Shown: positions 28,068 through 38,418, numbered from the stretch's first letter. The stretch: 38,418 nt of DNA from Pseudomonadota bacterium (GCA_029781465.1 JAKOWQ010000392.1:1-38418); one strand, 5' to 3'. A program made the numbers and translations. The notes: generated by a model from the letters alone, not told the origin.

Positions 28068-30341
28068 ATGGGACGATGGACCCGGATACCGGACTGGCTC
28101 GCGCGCAGCGCGCGGGCCGAGGTTGGCGCCAATGTCGCGGTGCTGACCGCGCTTGGCGTGCTGATCGCGCTGGTGCTTGCGGTGCTGCTCAGCTTTCGCC
28201 ACGCGGTCGGCAACGTCAACGCGCTCGATCGCGTCGCCGAACAGCAGCTGGTCGCGAACTATCTCGACCGCGCCGGGTCTGCCTCGCTCGCCCAGCAGAA
28301 GGTGCAGATCACCTGGGACGATGCCTTCCGGTCCGCCGGGACCAGGCTTGATCCGACCTGGGCCGACAATTACATCGGGGACTTCCTCTACGACAACTTC
28401 GGCTATCATCGCCTGTTCCTGGTCGATCCAGAGGGGCGGCTGCTGCGCGCCTGGAAGCAAGACAGCGTCTATCCCGGTGCGGACTATGCGGCGATCGCGC
28501 CGCAGGTACGCGGCGAGCTTGCCCGGATTGCCACCAACCGCTCGGTGTTCGGGCGGATGCAGGGGACAGTGCGGCTGGAAGACACGCTCTGGCCGGTCGA
28601 TCGCGAGGGCCATCCGCTGACCCGCTGGTCGCACCTGCAAGTCCGCTTCGATGGCCACCCCGCCGAGCTGACTATCGCCTCGATCCTGCCGGATACCGAC
28701 TATTCGTTGCTCAAACGCACACCGAACCACCTGGTTGCGATCCGCTTCTTCGACCGCGCATTCCTCAATGAAATGGGGCAGTCGCTGCTGCTCGAGCAGA
28801 TGGAGGCGAGGGGCAGTGCAACGGCGCGGACCGATCGCAACGCCTTGCCGCTGGTTGGCTCGTCGGGCGAAAATCTCGGCTGGTTCGAATGGAAATCGGT
28901 CCCGCGCGGATCGGCGGTGCAGGCGCGGATGCGCCCGATCGTCATCGCGCTGATCTGCTTTCTGCTGGCGCTGCTGTTCAGTGGCTGGGCGGTGGCGCGG
29001 ATGCTGCTTGCCACCCTGGCCCAGCTTCGCGCGCGTGAGGCCCAGGCCATCCACGAGGCCAAGCACGACGCCATGACCGGGCTGCCCAACCGGGCCAGCT
29101 TTGCCGCTCAGGTGGAGCAGGCGCTCAAGCAAATCGCCGGCACGCCCGACCGTGTGGTGGTGATCGCGCTGTGCGATCTCGATCACTTCAAGGTCATCAA
29201 CGACACTCTGGGTCACGATGCCGGCGACGAACTGATCCGGCAGGTCGCGCGGCGCTGCCTACCACGGCTGGCCGAAGGCGACGTCCTGGCCCGGCTGGGC
29301 GGCGACGAATTCGCCCTGCTGCGCGTCGCCCCGGTCGAAGCGGATGGAATCAAGCGCTTGGGGCGTGAATTGCAAGGCATCTTTGCCGCGCCCTTCGCGC
29401 TGGGCGGGCGGAGCATCGATATCACGGCATCGTTCGGGATCAGCTGGGCGCCGCACCAGGCGCAGACCGCCTCGGACCTGCTGCGCAAGGCAGATATGGC
29501 GCTCTACCGCGCCAAGCAGCGCGGACGCGCGCGCTGGCGGGCCTTTTCGCCCGACATGGCCGAAGAGGTGAGCCACCGGCTCGAACTCGAGACCGAGCTG
29601 CGCAAGGCGCTGCAGCAGGATTCGCTCGATCTGGCGTTTCAGCCGATCGTGCGGGCAAGCGACAATTCGATCGAGGGGGCCGAGGCGCTGCTGCGCTGGC
29701 ACCATCCCGAGCTGGGCGAGATCAGCCCGACCAGCTTTGTCGAGGTGGCCGAGCAGACCGGGCTGATGCAGCTGCTGGGCTGGTGGATGCTGCGCCGCCT
29801 GTTTGAATGTTGCCGGGCCTGGCCGACACTCCACATCTCGGCGAACCTCTCGCCCGTCCAGCTATCCGCGCCCGGCTTTATCGAGGATCTTGAGGTGCTG
29901 GTGCGCGAATACCGCGTGCCGACCTCGCGGATCACCTTCGAAGTGACCGAGGGTGTGCTGATGGAGCGCCGATCGAGCGCCTTCCAGGCCCTGGCGGCGC
30001 TCAAGGAGCTGGGCTTCAGCGTGGCGCTCGACGATTTCGGCACCGGCTATTCAAGCCTTGGCTATCTGCGCATGTTCCAGTTTGACCGGATCAAGATCGA
30101 TCGCACCTTCGTGCAGAACATCGAGAACGATCTCAACGCCCAGGCGATCTTGCGCACAATCATCGCGCTGGGCCGCGATCTCAAGACCCGGACCGTCGCC
30201 GAAGGGGTAGAGACCCGTCACCAGAATCAGCTGGTGGTCGATGCCGGGTGCGACCTGATCCAGGGCTATTACCACTGGCGACCGATGAGTGCCGAACAGC
30301 TCGATGCGCTGATTTCCCGCCCGGTAGCCAGGATAGCCTGA
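28068..30341 (+). CDS. Membrane-anchored CHASE4-GGDEF-EAL diguanylate cyclase/phosphodiesterase
   Basis: Two TM helices flanking a WDD-containing sensor region; HDAMTGLPNR, intact GGDEF, EALLRW, DDFGTGYSSL, AEGVET. Confidence 0.92.
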   Translation: MGRWTRIPDWLARSARAEVGANVAVLTALGVLIALVLAVLLSFRHAVGNVNALDRVAEQQLVANYLDRAGSASLAQQKVQITWDDAFRSAGTRLDPTWADNYIGDFLYDNFGYHRLFLVDPEGRLLRAWKQDSVYPGADYAAIAPQVRGELARIATNRSVFGRMQGTVRLEDTLWPVDREGHPLTRWSHLQVRFDGHPAELTIASILPDTDYSLLKRTPNHLVAIRFFDRAFLNEMGQSLLLEQMEARGSATARTDRNALPLVGSSGENLGWFEWKSVPRGSAVQARMRPIVIALICFLLALLFSGWAVARMLLATLAQLRAREAQAIHEAKHDAMTGLPNRASFAAQVEQALKQIAGTPDRVVVIALCDLDHFKVINDTLGHDAGDELIRQVARRCLPRLAEGDVLARLGGDEFALLRVAPVEADGIKRLGRELQGIFAAPFALGGRSIDITASFGISWAPHQAQTASDLLRKADMALYRAKQRGRARWRAFSPDMAEEVSHRLELETELRKALQQDSLDLAFQPIVRASDNSIEGAEALLRWHHPELGEISPTSFVEVAEQTGLMQLLGWWMLRRLFECCRAWPTLHISANLSPVQLSAPGFIEDLEVLVREYRVPTSRITFEVTEGVLMERRSSAFQALAALKELGFSVALDDFGTGYSSLGYLRMFQFDRIKIDRTFVQNIENDLNAQAILRTIIALGRDLKTRTVAEGVETRHQNQLVVDAGCDLIQGYYHWRPMSAEQLDALISRPVARIA

Positions 30342-30369
30342 GATCCCGGCGGCCGGTTCCGGACAAGCG

Positions 30370-30399
30370 AAAAGGGCGCCCGGATCGCTCCGGACGCCC
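30370..30399 (-). terminator. Rho-independent terminator of glnA
   Basis: Minus strand GGGCGTCCGGA-GCGA-TCCGGGCGCCC-TTTT, just after the glnA stop. Confidence 0.75.
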
Positions 30400-30423
30400 C
30401 CTCGGTGATCGATTGAACGCGGA

Positions 30424-31833
30424 TCAGGCGCTGTAGTACATGTCGAATTCGACGGCCGAAGGCGTGGTTTCCCAGCGCAGCACTTCGGGCCACTTCAGTT
30501 CGATGTAGGCGTCGATCTGGTCCTTGGTGAAGACCCCGCCGGCCAGCAGGAAGTCGTGATCGGCTTCCAGGCTTTCCAGCGCTTCACGCAGCGAACCGCA
30601 CACGGTCGGCACGGCGGCGAGTTCGGCCGGCGGCAGATCGTAAAGGTTCTTGTCCATGGCTTCGCCCGGATGGATCTTGTTCTTGATCCCGTCGAGACCG
30701 GCCATCAGCAGCGCCGAGTAGCACAGGTAGGGGTTGGCCATCGCATCGGGGAAGCGGAATTCCACGCGCTTGGCCTTGTCGCCCGCGCCATAGGGGATGC
30801 GGCACGAGGCCGAACGGTTGCGGGCCGAATAGGCCAGCAGCACCGGCGCCTCGTAACCCGGCACCAGACGCTTGTAGCTGTTGGTGGTCGGGTTGGTGAA
30901 GGCGTTGAGCGCCTTGGCGTGCTTGATCACGCCGCCGATGAAGTAGAGGCACATATCCGACAGGCCGGCATAGCCATTGCCCGCGAACAGCGGCTTGCCG
31001 CCGTCCCAGATCGAGATGTGGGTGTGCATGCCCGATCCGTTGTCCTTCATGATCGGCTTGGGCATGAAAGTCGCGGTCTTGCCATAGGCCTGGGCCACCT
31101 GGTGGACGACATACTTGTAGACCTGCATGCGGTCGGCGGTCTGCACCAGGGTGCCGAAGGTCAGGCCAAGCTCGTGCTGGGCGCTGGCCACTTCGTGGTG
31201 GTGCTTGTCGCAGGGCAGGCCCATTTCGAGCATGGTCGAAACCATCTCGCCACGGATGTCCACGGCGCTGTCGACCGGCGCGACCGGGAAATAGCCGCCC
31301 TTGGCGCGCGGACGGTGCGCCAGGTTGCCGGCTTCGTACTTGGTGTCCGAATTGGTCGGCAGCTCGATGTCGTCGATCTTGAAGCCGTTGCCATCGTAGC
31401 CGTCATAGAAACGCACGTCGTCGAACATGAAGAATTCGGCTTCGGGGCCGACGTAGACGGTGTCGCCCACGCCGCTCGCCTTGACATAGGCTTCGGCGCG
31501 CTTGGCGGTGCTGCGCGGATCGCGGCCATAGAGATCGCCGGTCGAAGGCTCGACGATGTCGCAGTTGATGATCATCATCGGGGTGGCGCTGAACGGATCG
31601 ATGAAGACCGAAGTCAGATCCGGCTTGAGGATCATGTCGCTCTCGTTGATCGCCTTCCAGCCTTCGATCGACGAGCCGTCGAACATCAGGCCATCTTCCA
31701 GCTCGTCCTCACCCATCACGCCCGAGCACATGGTCAGGTGCTGCCACTTGCCCTTGGGATCGGTGAAGCGCAGGTCGACCCATTCGATCTCTTCTTCCTT
31801 GATGCGCTTGATGATGTCCTTTGCCTTGCTCAT
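30424..31833 (-). CDS. glnA: Glutamine synthetase type I
   Basis: [27 protein letters not shown], adenylylation site NLYDLP. Confidence 0.98.
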   Translation of the reverse strand: MSKAKDIIKRIKEEEIEWVDLRFTDPKGKWQHLTMCSGVMGEDELEDGLMFDGSSIEGWKAINESDMILKPDLTSVFIDPFSATPMMIINCDIVEPSTGDLYGRDPRSTAKRAEAYVKASGVGDTVYVGPEAEFFMFDDVRFYDGYDGNGFKIDDIELPTNSDTKYEAGNLAHRPRAKGGYFPVAPVDSAVDIRGEMVSTMLEMGLPCDKHHHEVASAQHELGLTFGTLVQTADRMQVYKYVVHQVAQAYGKTATFMPKPIMKDNGSGMHTHISIWDGGKPLFAGNGYAGLSDMCLYFIGGVIKHAKALNAFTNPTTNSYKRLVPGYEAPVLLAYSARNRSASCRIPYGAGDKAKRVEFRFPDAMANPYLCYSALLMAGLDGIKNKIHPGEAMDKNLYDLPPAELAAVPTVCGSLREALESLEADHDFLLAGGVFTKDQIDAYIELKWPEVLRWETTPSAVEFDMYYSA

Positions 31834-31899
31834 GTTCTGCCTTTCTCAGCGGCCGGAGCCGGTTCGTTTGGAGTGCTTGGGAATGCGGAGAATGTCTGG

Positions 31900-32310
<411 letters not shown>

Positions 32311-32311
32311 C

Positions 32312-32329
32312 TATCAAGAATCGTGCCAG
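32312..32329 (-). promoter_or_regulatory. Putative sigma54 (-24/-12) promoter of glnB-glnA
   Basis: Minus strand CTGGCACGATTCTTGATA versus consensus TGGCAC-N5-TTGC(A/T); the -12 element is GA instead of GC. Confidence 0.65.
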
Positions 32330-32445
32330 CGGCCTGCAAGAGGCCGTAAGCCAAGAGCGACGTTACGAAAAGAGCGGATTCGCAATATTTGAATCGCTGA
32401 TGTGGGGTTTGCGAAATTTTTGGAATGTGCATGCCCCGGCAAGAT

Positions 32446-32484
32446 TGCCCAGTTTTTAGGCATAGGCTGCCTATTTTTTGGACG
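32446..32484. promoter_or_regulatory. Tandem NtrC-like enhancer sites
   Basis: TGCCCAGTTTTTAGGCA (TGC-N11-GCA, 32446-32462) and imperfect TGCCTATTTTTTGGACG (32468-32484), about 120-155 bp upstream of the sigma54 motif. Confidence 0.65.
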
Positions 32485-32601
32485 CTATCGGAATGGATTG
32501 CGACTGGCGGGTAGAAATACCCTTGCCATATGGAAAATTTTTTGCCACTATTTAGGTAGATCAGGGCTGGCATCCGCAATTGGCTCTGGCGGAGGGCGAA
32601 G

Positions 32602-33108
32602 ATGGGCAACAGTGATGACTATGTCTTTCTGATGCAGCGAATCCACGTAATCATGGAGATGCATGGGGATCAACGACGCGACCGTCCCTTGCCGCTGAGC
32701 ATTGGCGGTGAACCGGTGATCGTCGATACGAATTTCGACGGAACCTTTGCGCGGATCAAGGGCAACCCGCTCGTCCTTCCTCGCCGGATGGTTGAGCCGA
32801 TCCGCCTGCTCAAGGCACAACAAGAGTTGTGGCTCGATCGGTTGGGTAAGAGCCCATGGCGTACTTCGCATGTCATTGCGGCAGAATTGGCGGTTGAACG
32901 CATTGTTCGCCACTTCATGCCCAACGCTTCAGTCTGCCGTGGTTCGTCTTACCTTCTGAAGCGTATCGTGATCGAACTCGGGCATGCCGCGCATAGCATC
33001 GCAGTTGATCAACGCTCTAGCGCCGCGCTGGCGGCGGACGAGCACATGGCCGAAGCAAGCGCGCGCATCAAGGTGCTGATCGCTTCGGCGAACTGCCAGG
33101 CGGCATAG
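32602..33108 (+). CDS. Hypothetical protein (168 aa), no recognised domain
   Basis: GGAGGG RBS 5 nt before ATG; fills the region between the glnB promoter and the HTH gene; lower GC than core genes. Confidence 0.65.
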   Translation: MGNSDDYVFLMQRIHVIMEMHGDQRRDRPLPLSIGGEPVIVDTNFDGTFARIKGNPLVLPRRMVEPIRLLKAQQELWLDRLGKSPWRTSHVIAAELAVERIVRHFMPNASVCRGSSYLLKRIVIELGHAAHSIAVDQRSSAALAADEHMAEASARIKVLIASANCQAA

Positions 33109-33117
33109 CGGCCTTCT

Positions 33118-33195
33118 AATCCTGATCCCGGTAATCAGGGCGCCCCGTTCGCCGGATGGCTTCGGACGGGAGCGCTCCGGGACGATTCTTTTTTT
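33118..33195 (+). other. Structured intergenic element (two hairpins plus possible pseudoknot, ending in a T7 tract); candidate attenuator, terminator or ncRNA
   Basis: CCTGAT/ATCAGG stem with loop CCCGGTA; GCGC-CCCGTTCG/CGGACGGG-A-GCGC stem; CCGGG at 33177-33181 complements the loop; then TTTTTTT. Confidence 0.5.
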
Positions 33196-33213
33196 ATGAA
33201 TGGAGTAAAGTAA

Positions 33214-33666
33214 ATGGCGGATATACTGGAGTTTCCGCCCGTTGACCTTGTCGCATGGGGCAGAGACCTACGCAAGGCTCGGGTAAAAGCGGAGCTGTCT
33301 TTGAATCAGGCTGCGGTGGCGTTGGAGATTTCTCCAACGACACTCGATGCATGGGAACAAGGGCGCAAGCCACAGGTGGCAGTCGAGGCAGCCGCTGAGC
33401 GCTTTGACGCGTTTCGGAAAAGCACCGAGGAAGTTTGGAGGACGGGCGAAAACCTCATCTTCGGTGTTTTCCCATTGCGCGTGGCTCGCGACGTGCTGGG
33501 CTGGTCGATTGATGAGATTGCGACCGAATTCAGCTATTCTCGTTCGTCCTGGACTAAGATGGAAGCCAACGCGCGTTTATTGCCGAAGGAAGCGATGGAT
33601 CGTCTGCAAGACATGGTTGGCGCGGCTTGGTCTGATGCTTGCGCGCGTTCTGAACGCCTACGCTAG
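33214..33666 (+). CDS. Tandem (two-domain) XRE/Cro-C1 helix-turn-helix protein
   Basis: Two HTH_3-like units: LRKARVKAELSLNQAAVALEISPTTLDAWEQG and LRVARDVLGWSIDEIATEFSYSRSSWTKMEAN; GGAG RBS. Confidence 0.8.
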   Translation: MADILEFPPVDLVAWGRDLRKARVKAELSLNQAAVALEISPTTLDAWEQGRKPQVAVEAAAERFDAFRKSTEEVWRTGENLIFGVFPLRVARDVLGWSIDEIATEFSYSRSSWTKMEANARLLPKEAMDRLQDMVGAAWSDACARSERLR

Positions 33667-33667
33667 T

Positions 33668-34591
33668 TCAAAGCGCCAACCCCGCCGTTTCTTCCAGCCC
33701 CGCCATCAGGTTGAGGCTCTGCACCGCCGCGCCGCTGGCGCCCTTGCCGAGGTTATCGAGCCGGGCGACGAGGCGGGCCTGCGCGCCGTCGGCCGATCCG
33801 AACACCCACAGGTCGAGCCGGTCTGTCGGTTGCATCGAGCGGCGGAGAAGCAATTCGTCGCATGGCTGGTCGTGCACGGTCACGATCGGGCTGGCGCCGT
33901 AGAATTCCACCAGCGCCATCCGCAGCACCTCGGGCGATCCCGCCACCGGCATGGCGGCCAGTTGCAGCGGCACTTCCACCACCATCCCGCGGTGCGCCGG
34001 GATCACTGCCGGGGCGAACAGCGGCGGATGGGAAAGGCCGGCATAGCGCTGCATTTCGGGCACGTGCTTGTGCCCCAGGGCCAGGCCATAATCGCGAAAG
34101 GCGATGTCCGGATCGTCCTCGAAGCGAGCGATCAGCGCCTTGCCCCCGCCCGAATAGCCCGAAACGGCGTTGACGCTGTAGGGCCAGTCGGCCGGCAGCA
34201 GTCCCGCGCGGACCAGAGGCGCCACCAGCGCGAGGAATCCGGTGGGGTAGCACCCGGGGTTGGAAACCCGACTCGCCCCGGCCACAGCCTCGCGCCCGAT
34301 CAGTTCGGGAAAGCCATAGGTCCAGCCTTCGGCCACGCGGTGGGCGGACGAAGCATCGACGATCCGCACCTTGCTGCCCTCGGCCAGGTGCAGTGCCTCA
34401 CGCGCGGCATCGTCGGGCAGGCAGAGCACCGCAAAATCGGCGGCGTGGTAAGCGTCGCGCCGGGCCTCGGCGCTCTTGCGCTGCTGCTCGTCAAGCAGCA
34501 GCAGCTCGAATTCGGCGCGCGGCCCCAGCCGCTCGACAATCTCGAGTCCGGTGGTTCCGGCGGCGCCATCGATGAAAACAGTATGGGTCAT
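33668..34591 (-). CDS. argC: N-acetyl-gamma-glutamyl-phosphate reductase (type 2)
   Basis: FIDGAAGTTG, SNPGCYPTG, SGYSGGGK, DNLGKGASGAAVQ. Confidence 0.96.
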   Translation of the reverse strand: MTHTVFIDGAAGTTGLEIVERLGPRAEFELLLLDEQQRKSAEARRDAYHAADFAVLCLPDDAAREALHLAEGSKVRIVDASSAHRVAEGWTYGFPELIGREAVAGASRVSNPGCYPTGFLALVAPLVRAGLLPADWPYSVNAVSGYSGGGKALIARFEDDPDIAFRDYGLALGHKHVPEMQRYAGLSHPPLFAPAVIPAHRGMVVEVPLQLAAMPVAGSPEVLRMALVEFYGASPIVTVHDQPCDELLLRRSMQPTDRLDLWVFGSADGAQARLVARLDNLGKGASGAAVQSLNLMAGLEETAGLAL

Positions 34592-34635
34592 GGGAAATTA
34601 CTCAAGTTGGGAACCGGCTCAATGCCAACAACAAG

Positions 34636-34734
34636 CCCGTTTGTCCTGAGCTTGTCGAAGGACTGCACGTCGTCTTGCGGTCATGCGCCCGGCCCCGAAA
34701 ACGACAGCCCTTCGACAAGCTCAGGGCGAACGGG
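34636..34734. repeat. REP/REPIN-like palindromic element: 26-bp inverted arms around a 47-bp spacer
   Basis: Left arm CCCGTTTGTCCTGAGCTTGTCGAAGG; right arm CCTTCGACAAGCTCAGGGCGAACGGG. The two mismatches are both G-U-compatible on the plus strand. Confidence 0.85.
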
Positions 34735-34747
34735 GGTGAGGGAAGCT

Positions 34748-35150
34748 TCAGCCTCGTCGCTCTTCCAGCAAGGCAACCGGCAGATAGCCGACGAAGCCAT
34801 CCTCTCCGACCTGGCCCCAGGCCCAGCCGCCGGTGATGTCGAGCACGTTGAACAGGGTTCCGCCTGCCAGCGTGTCGCGCACTTCGGCACCTTCCTTGCC
34901 ATCGGCCAGCAGATCGGCACCGCCCGCCGTCACGCGGCGTTCCATCGGCACGGCATAGTGCGGCACGAAGCAGCGCCCCGCCAGGCGAATATGCGCGAGA
35001 TCGCCGCGCACCGGCCAGTGCGCCGCGTCGAGCTTCTCGGCCGGACCCTTGAGGGCAAGTTGCCCGCTGGGAATGGCAGTGGCGGTCAAATCGGTATTCC
35101 CCCCGAATGCGAAGATCGGGCGATTAGCCGCAGGGTCGCCCGGGATCAAG

Positions 35151-35158
<8 letters not shown>
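34748..35158 (-). CDS. Bacterial SH3-domain protein (resembles the N-terminal part of NlpC/P60 peptidases)
   Basis: VRGDLAHIRLAG, FNVLDITGGWAWGQ..DGFVGY SH3-like motifs; overlaps the aminopeptidase stop. Confidence 0.78.
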
Positions 35159-36551
<1,393 letters not shown>

Positions 36552-36581
36552 TTGCGCGGATTGTGACTATATGGCTGCGCG

Positions 36582-37406
36582 ATGACACAATATCAGACCG
36601 TAACCGGAACCGAGACCCAGCTGCGCGACGGCACGATCAAGCTGCACGGGCCAGAGGCCTTCGAAAGCATGCGCAAGGCCGGGCGGCTGGCCGCCGAAAC
36701 GCTCGACGCGCTGGTGCCACTGGTTCAGCCGGGGGTGAGCACCGCAGCGCTCGACAACTTCGTGCGCGAATTCACCCTCGATAACGGCGCCGTGCCCGCG
36801 ACAATGGGCTATCGCGGCTATGCCCATTCGTGCTGCATCTCGATCAACCAGGTGGTGTGCCACGGCATCCCCTCGGAGCGCACGCTCAAGGACGGCGATA
36901 TCGTCAATATCGACGTCACCCCGTTGCTCGATGGCTGGCACGGTGATTCCAGCCGGATGTATCTGGTCGGAGACGTGCCGCTGAAGGCGCGGCGACTGGT
37001 CGATGTGACCTACGAATGTCTGATGATCGGGATCGAGCAGGCGAAACCGGGCAAGCACCTGGGCGATATCGGTGCGGCGATCCAGGCTCATGCCGAAAAG
37101 CATCGTTACGGCGTGGTGCGCGAATTCTGCGGGCATGGCCTGGGCCGGCTGTTCCACGATGCCCCCGAAGTGGTGCACGCCGCCCGCGCCGGGACCGGGC
37201 CGGTGCTGAGGCCCGGCATGTTCTTCACCATCGAGCCGATGATCAACCTGGGCAAACCGGGGGTGAAGATGCTGGAAGACGGCTGGACCGCCGTAACCCG
37301 CGACCGCTCGCTTTCCGCCCAGTTCGAACACTCGATCGGAATCACCGAGGACGGCTGCGAGGTGTTTACCTTGAGCCCGAAGGGGCTGGATCGGCCGCCA
37401 TATTGA
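36582..37406 (+). CDS. map: Methionine aminopeptidase type I
   Basis: VCHGIP, DIVNIDVT, HGDSSR, GHGLG..FH, FTIEPMIN, SAQFEH. Confidence 0.97.
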   Translation: MTQYQTVTGTETQLRDGTIKLHGPEAFESMRKAGRLAAETLDALVPLVQPGVSTAALDNFVREFTLDNGAVPATMGYRGYAHSCCISINQVVCHGIPSERTLKDGDIVNIDVTPLLDGWHGDSSRMYLVGDVPLKARRLVDVTYECLMIGIEQAKPGKHLGDIGAAIQAHAEKHRYGVVREFCGHGLGRLFHDAPEVVHAARAGTGPVLRPGMFFTIEPMINLGKPGVKMLEDGWTAVTRDRSLSAQFEHSIGITEDGCEVFTLSPKGLDRPPY

Positions 37407-37413
37407 GGACTGA

Positions 37414-37833
37414 ATGAAGCTAGGAACCCTCAGGGCTGTTGGGCATAATATCGCGGACTCTCTGGCCAGCGGGATTGGCTTGATGATTGGAGTCTACGAA
37501 ATGTATGTCTTTAAAGAGGCAGCAAACTCGCCCGAAGGTTACATCGAGGTCGACTTCTTGGACGGGACCACGTCTGGAGCAAAGCCGTCGGCAACGCTGC
37601 AACGGGCAATCAAGCTGTATTCAGAGGCACTTCCAGATCTTTGCAGACGACACAATTTTGATGTTTCGGAATTTGCTCATCTGACGGCGCGATATTCTGG
37701 CGGTAGCTTGCTTGAAGAATTCACTGTGAATGTATCGGATTCCAAGGGCCGAAGTTCACAGGACAGATATGTTGGTGTTCCGGGCAGGCGGCCTAGGATT
37801 CTGAACCATCTGGGTAGATTGAGGCGGGCTTAG
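37414..37833 (+). CDS. Hypothetical protein (139 aa), low GC
   Basis: ATG 7 nt after the map stop with GAGG upstream; fills the map-ccmB gap exactly; many A/T-ending codons. Confidence 0.75.
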   Translation: MKLGTLRAVGHNIADSLASGIGLMIGVYEMYVFKEAANSPEGYIEVDFLDGTTSGAKPSATLQRAIKLYSEALPDLCRRHNFDVSEFAHLTARYSGGSLLEEFTVNVSDSKGRSSQDRYVGVPGRRPRILNHLGRLRRA

Positions 37834-37836
37834 AAC

Positions 37837-38418
37837 CTAACCCCGCCCAGCCCGAATCGCAGCGCCTGCCGCGAAGGGGGCGATCGCCAGCAGCACCAGG
37901 CTGACGGCAGCGGTCAGCGCCAGGCCGCTTGTTCCGCCCACCGCCAGGCTGCCCGCACCGAACACCAGCAGCGGTACCGCCAGCGGGATCACCAGCAGGC
38001 CGCCCAGCGCCGCGCCGCCGCGCAGGCCGGCGGTGATCGCGGCGACCATCACTCCCAGCGCGGCCAGTCCCGGCGTGCCGGCAAGGAGGCCGATCTCCAC
38101 CAGCCGCAGCTTGTCGCCGTCGATCCCGACCAGCGCCGAGGCCGGCAGTGCCGCCAGCATCAGCGGCGGACCGAAGCTCAGCCAGTGGGCGAGAATGCGG
38201 ATCGCCATGATCCATTCCTCGCCGATCCCGCGCAGCGCCCATTGATCGAAAAAGCCCAGCTCAAGATCGGGTTCGACCAGCCGGTCGAGCGGCAGGATCG
38301 CGGCGAGCAGCGCCGCCACCCAGATCACCCCGCCGCCAGTCCGCCCCAGCAGCACCGCGTCGGGGCCGACCGCGAAGGGATAGAGCATCGCCACCGCCAA
38401 GAAGAACAGCACCGGCAA
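37837..38418 (-). CDS. ccmB: Heme exporter protein CcmB (5' part outside the window)
   Basis: LYPFAVGPD..LL, WVAALLA.ILPLDRL..PDLE.G, LLVIPLAVPLLVFG; highly hydrophobic. Confidence 0.93.
   Translation of the reverse strand: MPVLFFLAVAMLYPFAVGPDAVLLGRTGGGVIWVAALLAAILPLDRLVEPDLELGFFDQWALRGIGEEWIMAIRILAHWLSFGPPLMLAALPASALVGIDGDKLRLVEIGLLAGTPGLAALGVMVAAITAGLRGGAALGGLLVIPLAVPLLVFGAGSLAVGGTSGLALTAAVSLVLLAIAPFAAGAAIRAGRG

Noticed and set aside
33106-33214. Stop-codon readthrough fusing islet ORF1 to the in-frame HTH gene (TAG followed by a pseudoknot)
   Set aside because: The ORFs are in frame, but a second stop (TAA 33211-33213) lies immediately before the HTH ATG, and the HTH gene has its own RBS.

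Overview
High-GC alphaproteobacterial chromosomal segment. Gene content and order suggest a sphingomonad (Novosphingobium/Erythrobacteraceae-like); this is inference. Most of it is core genome: a Tad/Cpa pilus operon (cpaA-B-C-D-E-tadB-tadC, with no cpaF ATPase or Flp pilin in the window), ispH-thrB-rnhA, argS-ftsN-like SPOR-nagZ-scpA-scpB-tatABC, a threonine dehydratase, an Ate/Bpt-type aminoacyl-transferase, an aldehyde dehydrogenase, an orphan GH24 lysozyme, a CHASE4-GGDEF-EAL protein, glnB-glnA with a sigma54/NtrC-like promoter, argC, an M17 aminopeptidase, map and ccmB. No integrase, transposase, rRNA, tRNA or CRISPR array was seen. The most unusual signals are: (i) a lower-GC two-gene islet between glnB and argC (unknown 168-aa protein plus a tandem XRE-HTH protein) split by a ~75-nt element that can fold as either a pseudoknot or a terminator; (ii) a low-GC, in-frame patch inside the essential argS gene; (iii) a low-GC unknown gene wedged between map and ccmB; (iv) tandem CtrA-like boxes upstream of the N-degron transferase; (v) a REP/REPIN-like palindrome next to an SH3-only gene. 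All calls come from motif reading by eye; no searches were run.
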